Positions 56,228 through 64,000 of a stretch of 64,000 nucleotides of DNA are shown one piece after another. The number at the start of each line of letters is the position of its first letter. The stretch's first letter is position 1. Below the pieces are notes generated by a model. The model searched no databases. It worked only from the letters and a program-made list of their open reading frames with translations, and was not told where the DNA came from. The position numbers and the translations under genes were made by a program. Source of the DNA: a virus; the IMG/VR virus record IMGVR_UViG_3300042569_002054; one strand, written 5' to 3'.

Positions 56228-57721
56228 ATGTCAAAATTTGATGAAATAATAAAAAGTTTAGTTAATGAAAGTTTAACTGAAAGGGCTAACGAAATTACTA
56301 GTACTATTAACAAAAAAATTGAATCAAATGAAGATGTTGATAAGTATGATTTAGAGGTTGGTATTGATTATGGTTTTGACGACGATGACGAGGATTATAC
56401 GTTTATGAGAAGGGGTAAAAATTCGTCACACGGACCATTTCATTTTAAAAGAAATAAAAGAGGTAGTGAAACTGCCTTTGGAGAAAAACAAATAGCAAAC
56501 ATGAAAAAAAGAATTAAAGAAGACCAAGACACTGATTTAGCATTAGCGTTAGATTCTAAAGATGTAAGAAGTGAAACAACTGAAAGACTGCATGGTGGTC
56601 AAAAAAAATTAGATGTTGCAGAACCTAAAGGTAAACTGACTAAAGCGGATTTTTTAAAATTACAAAAAATGGAAGAAGAAGTAGAAGAAGGAAACGCTTT
56701 TACTGGAGCTTTATCGAAGGCTAAAAAAGAAGGTAAAAAATCTTTTAAAGTTGATGGTAAAGAATTTGAAGTGACTGAAGATTTAGGTGGTATGGGATTA
56801 GGTATGGGACATGATGATTTTGAAGATATAAATCTATCTGATGATGAAAATCCAAGAGTTCAATCTTTAAAGAAAAAGTATATGAGAAATTACCCTGAAG
56901 AAATTGACCAAGAAGTTGATTTTGTTTCAGGTAATGAAGAACCGATTAATTATAGAATTAAGATGGGTGATGGTGATTTCCTTGACTTAGCAGAATCTGA
57001 ATTAATTGACATGATTGAAGAATTAGTTCTTGAAGAAAAAACCAAAGACAACCTTAAGAAGACAGGTAAATCTGCAGGAATGGTTCAATATGATAGAGTT
57101 TCTAAAAGAGAAAAAAATGAAAACTTAAGGGCTAATAAAGAGTCGTTCAAAAAAATGGCGGATTATGTTAAGGATGGTTCTAAAGGTAAGTTTGAATCTA
57201 ATCCTGTAATGTTCCCAAAGGGTAACGGTGAGATTAAGAAAATGGACAAGAAAGCATATGTTCCATCAGAATATGTTGATGAATATGTTGACGCATTTGC
57301 TTACCCTGGTCAAACAAACCTTAGATATGATGAAGTAAAACCAAATGATGAGTGGATTGAAATGAATCTTAAAGGTCATTCTAAGACTGGAAACGCTCAA
57401 GTTGATAAAGATGGTAATCCATTAGGTAATGTTGTACCGACAAAGACAGGTGAAAGAATGTACAAAAATTTTGAAGAAAATTTATATGGGGCAGAACAAG
57501 CTGAAGCGTCATATAAAAGACAATCACAACCTGTTGATATTGCTGGTGAAACAACTCAAAAAGGTGGTTTAAAGAGAAAAGGTTCAAAAACCTCGTCAAT
57601 CCAAAAGGCTGATAAAATTTTAAATAACCTTGGTGAGTCAACTGAAAATGAATCAAGTAAGTTGTTAAACGAAGAAATGGAAAGTATGAAAAAGTTAATT
57701 GGTTATCAGTATAAAAAATAA
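56228..57721 (+). CDS. Acidic, low-complexity putative internal head/core protein
   Basis: Glu/Lys/Asp rich; EF-hand-like KKLDVAEPKGKLTKADF; C-terminal LLNEEMESMKKLIGY; upstream TATTTATA. Confidence 0.5.
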   Translation: MSKFDEIIKSLVNESLTERANEITSTINKKIESNEDVDKYDLEVGIDYGFDDDDEDYTFMRRGKNSSHGPFHFKRNKRGSETAFGEKQIANMKKRIKEDQDTDLALALDSKDVRSETTERLHGGQKKLDVAEPKGKLTKADFLKLQKMEEEVEEGNAFTGALSKAKKEGKKSFKVDGKEFEVTEDLGGMGLGMGHDDFEDINLSDDENPRVQSLKKKYMRNYPEEIDQEVDFVSGNEEPINYRIKMGDGDFLDLAESELIDMIEELVLEEKTKDNLKKTGKSAGMVQYDRVSKREKNENLRANKESFKKMADYVKDGSKGKFESNPVMFPKGNGEIKKMDKKAYVPSEYVDEYVDAFAYPGQTNLRYDEVKPNDEWIEMNLKGHSKTGNAQVDKDGNPLGNVVPTKTGERMYKNFEENLYGAEQAEASYKRQSQPVDIAGETTQKGGLKRKGSKTSSIQKADKILNNLGESTENESSKLLNEEMESMKKLIGYQYKK

Positions 57722-57765
57722 TTAGTTACTTTAAAATATTTTAATTTATAATTCTCCATATAACT

Positions 57766-58239
57766 ATGGAGAATTTTTTTTCTTATATATCTAAGCCAGT
57801 AACTGATGAAGAACTACAATTTTGGATTGATAGTAATGACATTTGTTATCAAAAATTAGAGTTGTTTGAAGACTTTGTTAAATCTTTAGTTTCCTTAGTA
57901 TATAAAACTTATTTAGGTGACCCAGAAGGTCAAGAAACTAATATAAACATAACATACGATGATAATATTAAACACTTTGAATGGTGTTGGGATAAAACAA
58001 TTGAAAATTTTAACAAAGAGGGTATCTTTTTTGGTGAAAAGGGAGACCATAAAGATTTTATAAAAAGTTTTTTAGAGGAGACTTTTTATAGACAAAAGAT
58101 TAAAGAAGTTAAAATGTCTTTGAATAAGTTTTTTGATGAAGTTTTTAATCTTGATAAATTACCAACAAAATCCGATTTAGATTTATTAACATCAATTTAT
58201 AAATCATTAGATAAATCTTTGAAATTAAGTTTACAATAG
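57766..58239 (+). CDS. Hypothetical protein
   Basis: 157 aa ORF. Confidence 0.6.
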   Translation: MENFFSYISKPVTDEELQFWIDSNDICYQKLELFEDFVKSLVSLVYKTYLGDPEGQETNINITYDDNIKHFEWCWDKTIENFNKEGIFFGEKGDHKDFIKSFLEETFYRQKIKEVKMSLNKFFDEVFNLDKLPTKSDLDLLTSIYKSLDKSLKLSLQ

Positions 58240-58292
58240 ATAAATAATCCTTACTCTTGATAGTGTAATAAACAAATTTTATATTTAAGAAA

Positions 58293-58469
58293 ATGGAAAC
58301 AGTAGACAAAATCAAAGAATTGACTGAATCTCTTTCTGTTGATGCTGGTAAATTTTATAGCGGTAACAAGAGTGCCGGTACTAGAGCAAGAAAAACTGCT
58401 CAAGAATTGAAAGCGATACTTCAACAGTTTAGAGGTGAAATTTTACAAGGAAGAAAACAAAATGATTAA
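58293..58469 (+). CDS. Histone H1-like Hc1-family small DNA-binding protein (absent from ORF track)
   Basis: 58 aa METVDKIKELTESLSVDAGKFYSGNKSAGTRARKTAQELKAILQQFRGEILQGRKQND, with the GNKxAGTRARK signature. Confidence 0.8.
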   Translation: METVDKIKELTESLSVDAGKFYSGNKSAGTRARKTAQELKAILQQFRGEILQGRKQND

Positions 58470-58653
58470 TTTAGAAAATTTATTTTTATTTATTTTTGTA
58501 TTCAGCATTTTAAATGTTTTGAAAATTTCAACAGTATTTATAACTTCCCTATTACAAACACCACCTAAAAAGATGGTGTTAGGTAATGGGGAAGCTTTTT
58601 TACTACATTTTACATTAACTTATTTTATTACATATATAATACTTTTAGTATGA
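58462..58653 (+). CDS. Small two-TM membrane protein
   Basis: MINLENLFLFIFVFSILNVL ... FLLHFTLTYFITYIILLV; start moved to ATG 58462. Confidence 0.55.
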   Translation: MINLENLFLFIFVFSILNVLKISTVFITSLLQTPPKKMVLGNGEAFLLHFTLTYFITYIILLV

Positions 58654-59087
58654 GTTTTTACAAAGAAATTAGCCCAATATTTGAGTACTTACATCAAGTA
58701 AGGAAACTTGAAAACTATATTGTTTTTGATGTTTTATTTTCTAAAACATGGAAAATACCAAAAAAATATATAGTTGAAGATAAATTTTTAAACAATGGAA
58801 CATTAGAGGATAAATTATATTTATCATTTGTTTCTGATTTTGATGAAAATAATCTTAACTTGATTCAAAATAATATATTAGGTATTGTTAGATACAATTT
58901 AGAAAGAGAGGCTAAAGAAAAATTATTTGAAGATAGAGTTTCTGAACTTAAAAATATCTTTGATAAAGAAAATTTAGAAAATCTTAAAAAATTAAAATTT
59001 GAATTAACACAAAATGTTTTAGTTGACAATGGACAAAGGCAAGGAAATACAGAAACAACTGGAATCTCTCAACTCATTGAGGAATAA
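58650..59087 (+). CDS. Hypothetical protein
   Basis: 145 aa, ATGA-coupled. Confidence 0.6.
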   Translation: MSFYKEISPIFEYLHQVRKLENYIVFDVLFSKTWKIPKKYIVEDKFLNNGTLEDKLYLSFVSDFDENNLNLIQNNILGIVRYNLEREAKEKLFEDRVSELKNIFDKENLENLKKLKFELTQNVLVDNGQRQGNTETTGISQLIEE

Positions 59088-59220
59088 ACTCAATAAGGAT
59101 TTAACGATAGAAAAAGAAAAAACTGCAGATTTTTTTAGAAATTTAAAAAAAGATGATTTGTTTAAACAACCAAAAAAAATAACATTATGGCAGAGGATAA
59201 AGAAGGTACTGAACTTTTAG
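59029..59220 (+). CDS. Small hypothetical protein
   Basis: 63 aa ending TLWQRIKKVLNF. Confidence 0.5.
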   Translation: MDKGKEIQKQLESLNSLRNKLNKDLTIEKEKTADFFRNLKKDDLFKQPKKITLWQRIKKVLNF

Positions 59221-59402
59221 GTAAATTAGCGATAATTGCTGACTCTTCACAAAAAATATTCACTGGTAAGGCTAGTGTTATATTTGAATTAAAAGAACAA
59301 GAATATTATCATGTTGTTGCCAATGTTGAAGGTGATTATGATAAAGAAACATTCAAAATTGACATTTCAGGAACTGATTTCATTTTTATCTTGGATAAGT
59401 AG
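59187..59402 (+). CDS. Small hypothetical protein
   Basis: 71 aa; its 3' end overlaps the convergent gene. Confidence 0.5.
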   Translation: MAEDKEGTELLGKLAIIADSSQKIFTGKASVIFELKEQEYYHVVANVEGDYDKETFKIDISGTDFIFILDK

Positions 59403-60018
59403 TATAACTTGTATACAAAAATTTCTTATTAAATCCCCGTTCAATCAGTAAGTTATACAGATATTTTCTTTGAATAGTTGAAATGTCTTTAACTATTATC
59501 ATATTACCTTTATCTCGTAATGTTGTAAATACTTCTAATAACCTATCACAATCTTCAGAATTTTTTAAAGAAAATAATTTGTAATCATCGTCATTTTGAA
59601 GTATAAATTTATTTTTAAGTTGTGACACCATATATATTTTATCTTTTTTTACATATTGTTTAAAAAAGTCATCAATTGAAATACGGGTATCATTTTTAAC
59701 GTCATATATTGATTCCTCAACTCTATACGTTTTAATAGTTTGAATATAATTTGTGTCATCAATTTTAGGGGATATTGTAATATTCCTACCAAATTCATCT
59801 AAATAATGGATGTTACCATTAACAAACTTATTAGTTATAATTGCAATATGAAAACGACACTCTTTACCCGATTCAAATTTCTTTTCAAAAATTATTTCAT
59901 TTGATTTTTTAATTAAATTTTCGTAATAATCTTTTGTTAGTTTTTCTCTCACAAAGGATTTGAGTTTTTTCTTTTTTTTATTATTCTTAAAGATGTATAT
60001 ATGAAATTTATCGTTCAT
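59386..60018 (-). CDS. Basic hypothetical protein
   Basis: 210 aa, Lys-rich; no plus-strand alternative. Confidence 0.65.
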   Translation of the reverse strand: MNDKFHIYIFKNNKKKKKLKSFVREKLTKDYYENLIKKSNEIIFEKKFESGKECRFHIAIITNKFVNGNIHYLDEFGRNITISPKIDDTNYIQTIKTYRVEESIYDVKNDTRISIDDFFKQYVKKDKIYMVSQLKNKFILQNDDDYKLFSLKNSEDCDRLLEVFTTLRDKGNMIIVKDISTIQRKYLYNLLIERGFNKKFLYTSYTTYPR

Positions 60019-60056
60019 AGAATATAAATTAATAAACTTTTCAAAAATAAAAACAG

Positions 60057-60977
60057 TTGGAAAATTTTTACGATATTTTAGGTGTTACAGAAACGGCATC
60101 ACAGGATGAAATTAAAAAGGCTTATAGAAAAAAAGCCGTTGAATCACACCCCGATAAAGGTGGGGATGAAGAAATATTTAAAAAAATATCTGAAGCCTAT
60201 GATACATTAGGTGATGAACAAAAAAGAAAAGATTATGATATAACAAGAAATAATCCTTTTGGTGATATGGGTGGTGACCCGTTCAGTTCATTTGGTGATT
60301 TTTTTTCAAATATGAGTGGACAAAAAGTTAGGAGAGCTCCCGATAAGATTATTGATATACAAATAGGGACTCTTGACTCATTCTTGGGGAAGAATATTGA
60401 CATAAGATTTCAACGTAAAAATATGTGTAATAGTTGTAGCGGACAAGGAGGTGAAAGAAATAGTTGTAATACTTGTAATGGTTCAGGTAGAATAACTCAA
60501 AGACTTGGTAATTCATTCTTCTCAAACATTTTCCAAGTTACTTGTAATAGTTGTAATGGTAAGGGTTATAGTCTTAAAAATGTTTGTTATTCATGTGCTG
60601 GCGAAGGTAAAAATAGTGAAATGCAAACCATTAATTTAAATATTCCCCATGGTATAAGTGATGGCCAAATGATTAAGGCTTCAGGTTATGGTGATTGGCA
60701 TGACAGTATGTTTGGAGATGCTATTCTAAAGGTTCAAGTAGTTGAACAAAATGGTTTTGAAAAACTTAACAATGATTTAGTATATAACTATCAGATGTCT
60801 TTGGATGACTTTAATAAAAATAATTTAGATATACCACATCCATCAGGAAATTTGAATATTAAATTACCTGAGACTATAGATACACAAAAACCCTTACGTA
60901 TCAAAGGTAAGGGTTTCAGAAATGAAGGTCTTGGTGACTTTTATGTTAAGATGTTTGTTAAACACAAGAGAGGATAA
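60057..60977 (+). CDS. dnaJ: DnaJ/Hsp40 co-chaperone (J domain + four CxxCxGxG + C-terminal domain)
   Basis: FYDILGV...HPDKGG; CNSCSGQG, CNTCNGSG, CNSCNGKG and CYSCAGEG; TTG start. Confidence 0.9.
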   Translation: MENFYDILGVTETASQDEIKKAYRKKAVESHPDKGGDEEIFKKISEAYDTLGDEQKRKDYDITRNNPFGDMGGDPFSSFGDFFSNMSGQKVRRAPDKIIDIQIGTLDSFLGKNIDIRFQRKNMCNSCSGQGGERNSCNTCNGSGRITQRLGNSFFSNIFQVTCNSCNGKGYSLKNVCYSCAGEGKNSEMQTINLNIPHGISDGQMIKASGYGDWHDSMFGDAILKVQVVEQNGFEKLNNDLVYNYQMSLDDFNKNNLDIPHPSGNLNIKLPETIDTQKPLRIKGKGFRNEGLGDFYVKMFVKHKRG

Positions 60978-60979
60978 AC

Positions 60980-61366
60980 TTATTCGTCTATCTCTGTTAG
61001 ATACATCCAAGCGTAATCGTTGTATTCAATTGCGATGAATATATATCCTTGAGTTTCTGACGGCCCCATATGGAAGTTACAGTTACCACCTTGTGAATCT
61101 AACATTCTGTAAGTGATATATGAATCTTCGTCACTTAGTTTGGTTACTACACGATATACTTGGATTTGTTGACTAAAAATGGTTACTTTGTCGTCCTCAA
61201 GTTTAATCAGGATGTCTACGGATGTTGGTGAACCGTTCCATACGATTTCGTTATTTGTGTCTCTATAACCTGTATAGAGTTCTACGGCTTTAGCAAAACC
61301 TACTTCTTGAGAGAATGATAATAGTGTTGAAAGAACTAAAAAGACTGATAAGATAAATTTTTTCAT
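60980..61366 (-). CDS. Secreted/periplasmic hypothetical protein
   Basis: Signal peptide MKKFILSVFLVLSTLLSFS-Q. Confidence 0.65.
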   Translation of the reverse strand: MKKFILSVFLVLSTLLSFSQEVGFAKAVELYTGYRDTNNEIVWNGSPTSVDILIKLEDDKVTIFSQQIQVYRVVTKLSDEDSYITYRMLDSQGGNCNFHMGPSETQGYIFIAIEYNDYAWMYLTEIDE

Positions 61367-61437
61367 TGTGTATATTTTTTTGTAAAGATACTATATTCTA
61401 TGGATTTATGAAATAAATATTGTTATTTTTTTTAGGT

Positions 61438-64000
61438 ATGAAGAAAATATTATTTATAGTCCCACACCTATCTACTGGGGGACTACCACAGGTTACTACG
61501 AATAAGATTCAACTTCTTAAAGACGATTATATTATAAAGTGTGTTGAATACGGGTGTTATTCTTGGGATTTTGTTGTTCAGAAGAACAGAATTAAAAATA
61601 TGATTGGTGAGGACAATCTTATTACTCTATGGGATGATAAGAATGTTTTAATTGATGTTATTAACGATTTCCAACCTGACATTATATCAATGGAGGAGTT
61701 CCCTGAATTTTTCATGGACAATAACATTACAAGACAAATTTATAGACAAAATCGTCCATATAAAATATTTGAAACCACACACGATTCAAGTTTTAAACCA
61801 ACATCTAAGGTTTGGTTTCCTGACAAGTTTATCTTTGTTAGTGTGTTTAATGCTATTCAGTATTCAATGTTTGACATACCTTATGAGGTAATTGAGTATC
61901 CTATTGAAAACAGAGAAAAAAGAAAGAACATGCTCCAAGAAAAACTTGGGTTCGATAAAGGGTGGAAACATGTTGTTAATGTTGGGTTATTCACTGAAAG
62001 AAAAAATCAAAAATACATTTTTGAAATTGCTCGTAAGTTAGAAAATAGTAAAATTAAATTTCATTTCATTGGAAATCAGGCAGATAACTTTAGAAGTTAT
62101 TGGGAACCACTGATGAATAACAAACCTGAAAACTGTATTATTTGGGGTGAAAAGGATAATGTAAATGAATTTTTGGAAGCGTCCGATTTGTTTATGTTCC
62201 CATCAAAAGGGGATAGAAATAATAAAGAATTAAATCCAATTGCCATTAAGGAGGCTATTGAATATGGTATTCCTATGATGATGTATAATTTGGATGTGTA
62301 TTGTGGAAAATATGATAAACTACCTCAAGTTACATTTTTAACTGGAGATATAGATAAAGATGTAAATAATATGATGGATGTATTAAATGTTGGGGGTATT
62401 GACTCTCTTTTCAGTTTTGATTTTAATGGTGATAATAATCAGATTACCATTAACTATACCGGCAATAAAAAGTTTGATTTTAATGTTAGTATTAGAGACA
62501 TAACTTCAAAGGCTCCGATGTATTGGTTTAATTTACCTTTGGAATACCCAATATTTTATTGGACAATGCCTATCCCAATTCATATTAAAAAATTCAAAGA
62601 CAATCCTAACTTTAGAGGATTTTTAGTTGAGTTCTATGATGTGGAAACAAACGAATTAGTTTTTGGTCAAGAGTTAATTGTTAATCCTAATTTCTACCCA
62701 AGAATACCTGAATTTAAATTTAAACCTTTGGATTGTAATTACATTAACTATTATGAGTTTTTTGTTGATAGATGTTTTGATGATTTAAAGTTAGAAAATC
62801 TTGATACTGTAATTGATATTGGTGCTAATGTTGGGTTATTCGCTAAGTACATGTATACCATAAATGCTAAAAAAGTTATTTTAGTTGAGGCAAATCCATA
62901 CCTAAGGGAAAGTATTGAATATCATTTAGATGGTGATTTATCTAAATCAACCATTTATATGAACCCTGTTTACAAGGAACATACCAAGATTGATTTCAGA
63001 TTTTCAAAAGAAAATTCAACTATTGGGTCAAATGTTTTTGACGGTAATGTGGGAGAATATGGTCAACTTAACAATTTAATTAGTTGTGACACTATTACTA
63101 TTGATGATATCTACAAAGATAATGACTATGGTAGAATATCATTATTTAAATGTGATATTGAGGGTGGTGAATACCCAATTTTTGAATCAATTACTGATGA
63201 ACAGATTGGATTGGTGGATAGATTTATGATTGAGTTTCATGAAAATACCAATGGACAAATTAATATCATACTTGAAAAACTTGAAAAAAATGATTTTGAA
63301 TATGATATTATCATTTATGAAATGGGACGTAAAACTAAAGCGGATAAAAACGCTAAACATGGAGTAATCTTTGCTAAACCTAAAAATAAAGTTAACAATG
63401 ACATTTTAGATTTTTCACAAAACAATGAACAGGAAATAATTCTATCATTTTTTGATGGGGAAGACCCAAAAACAAATAAATTTTTAGATATTGGTGCGAA
63501 TGACGGTAAAACATTTTCAAATACACACGCGCTTGCATTATTAGGATGGGATGGAGTTTGTGTTGAACCTACCCAAACTGCTTTTTTAAAATTACAGAAT
63601 TTATATAAAAAAAATAAAAATATTAAATGTATTAATGCGGGTGTTTCAAATAAAACAGATGTGATAAATATACATGAAAGTTTGAACTGGGATGTGAGCG
63701 ATGCTCCGCAGGGAATATTATCTACTATACATCCTGAAAATAAAGAAAGATTTATTGGAATGAGTTGGAAAGAAAATCAAATAATAGTATACAATTTTAA
63801 TGATATTGTTGAATATTATGATTTAGAAAAAGATACCTATGATTTCATTAATATTGACGTTGAAGGGCATGAATTAATTGTAATAGATGAAATACAAAAT
63901 AAATTAAAAAAATGTAGATTATTGTGTGTTGAAAAAACTAATGATGAAAATAGTAATCAAAAAATAATACAAAAACTACATGAATTTGGATTTACAATTA
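61438..64000 (+). CDS. GT4 (GT-B) glycosyltransferase fused to two FkbM-type methyltransferase domains, 3' partial (absent from ORF track)
   Basis: MKKILFIVPHLSTGG; in-frame VGLFTERKN and FPSKGDRNNKELNPIAIKEA; VIDIGANVG...KCDIEGGE; FLDIGANDG...NIDVEGHE. No stop before the window end. Confidence 0.85.
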   Translation, partial: MKKILFIVPHLSTGGLPQVTTNKIQLLKDDYIIKCVEYGCYSWDFVVQKNRIKNMIGEDNLITLWDDKNVLIDVINDFQPDIISMEEFPEFFMDNNITRQIYRQNRPYKIFETTHDSSFKPTSKVWFPDKFIFVSVFNAIQYSMFDIPYEVIEYPIENREKRKNMLQEKLGFDKGWKHVVNVGLFTERKNQKYIFEIARKLENSKIKFHFIGNQADNFRSYWEPLMNNKPENCIIWGEKDNVNEFLEASDLFMFPSKGDRNNKELNPIAIKEAIEYGIPMMMYNLDVYCGKYDKLPQVTFLTGDIDKDVNNMMDVLNVGGIDSLFSFDFNGDNNQITINYTGNKKFDFNVSIRDITSKAPMYWFNLPLEYPIFYWTMPIPIHIKKFKDNPNFRGFLVEFYDVETNELVFGQELIVNPNFYPRIPEFKFKPLDCNYINYYEFFVDRCFDDLKLENLDTVIDIGANVGLFAKYMYTINAKKVILVEANPYLRESIEYHLDGDLSKSTIYMNPVYKEHTKIDFRFSKENSTIGSNVFDGNVGEYGQLNNLISCDTITIDDIYKDNDYGRISLFKCDIEGGEYPIFESITDEQIGLVDRFMIEFHENTNGQINIILEKLEKNDFEYDIIIYEMGRKTKADKNAKHGVIFAKPKNKVNNDILDFSQNNEQEIILSFFDGEDPKTNKFLDIGANDGKTFSNTHALALLGWDGVCVEPTQTAFLKLQNLYKKNKNIKCINAGVSNKTDVINIHESLNWDVSDAPQGILSTIHPENKERFIGMSWKENQIIVYNFNDIVEYYDLEKDTYDFINIDVEGHELIVIDEIQNKLKKCRLLCVEKTNDENSNQKIIQKLHEFGFTI

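Noticed and set aside
1-64000. Alternative genetic code (stop-codon reassignment)
   Set aside because: Standard code gives near-complete coding density; TGA (3750) and TAG (59402) appear at sensible gene ends.
1-64000. tRNA, rRNA, integrase or transposase genes
   Set aside because: Intergenic gaps are mostly under 100 nt and AT-rich; no cloverleaf or recombinase motif was recognised by eye. A tRNAscan run would be needed to exclude tRNAs formally.
1-64000. Eukaryotic giant virus origin, suggested by collagen-like repeats, GT60 and DnaJ
   Set aside because: Sigma-70 factor, bacterial promoters, DnaG-type primase, operonic overlaps and an amidase homologue indicate a bacterial host.

Overview
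A 64 kb, AT-rich, densely coding and almost entirely plus-strand segment of what is most likely a large (jumbo) tailed bacteriophage infecting Bacteroidota. Support: a Bacteroidota-type short primary sigma factor, a TTTG-N19-TAnnTTTG promoter, A-rich leaders without Shine-Dalgarno sites, an Hc1-like protein and SprB-like repeats. No capsid, terminase or portal gene lies in the window, so phage identity is inferred from gene content. Layout: (1) 1-41.1 kb, a tail/baseplate/fibre module with baseplate-wedge-like proteins, SprB-, LamG-, PA14- and PKD-like decoration proteins, Thr/Pro mucin-like linkers, two paralogous Pro-free Gly-X-Y (Ser/Thr) repeat proteins (48 and about 690 triplets) and three tandem glycine-rich adhesin-like paralogues. 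A five-gene glycosyltransferase cluster (GT60-like, two HtrL-like domains, GT2-like) is embedded in the middle of it. (2) 41.2-52.3 kb, RuvC-like resolvase, an inverted structural cassette, primase, PD-(D/E)XK nuclease, an unusually split SbcD/SbcC pair and a sigma-70 factor. (3) 52.3-64 kb, lysis-like membrane genes, acidic putative head proteins, an Hc1-like protein missing from the ORF track, DnaJ and a GT4-FkbM-FkbM fusion running off the window end. Best candidate for an undescribed system: a phage-encoded mucin-type O-glycosylation apparatus acting on Ser/Thr-rich virion fibres. All family assignments are from motif recognition by eye, not database searches.
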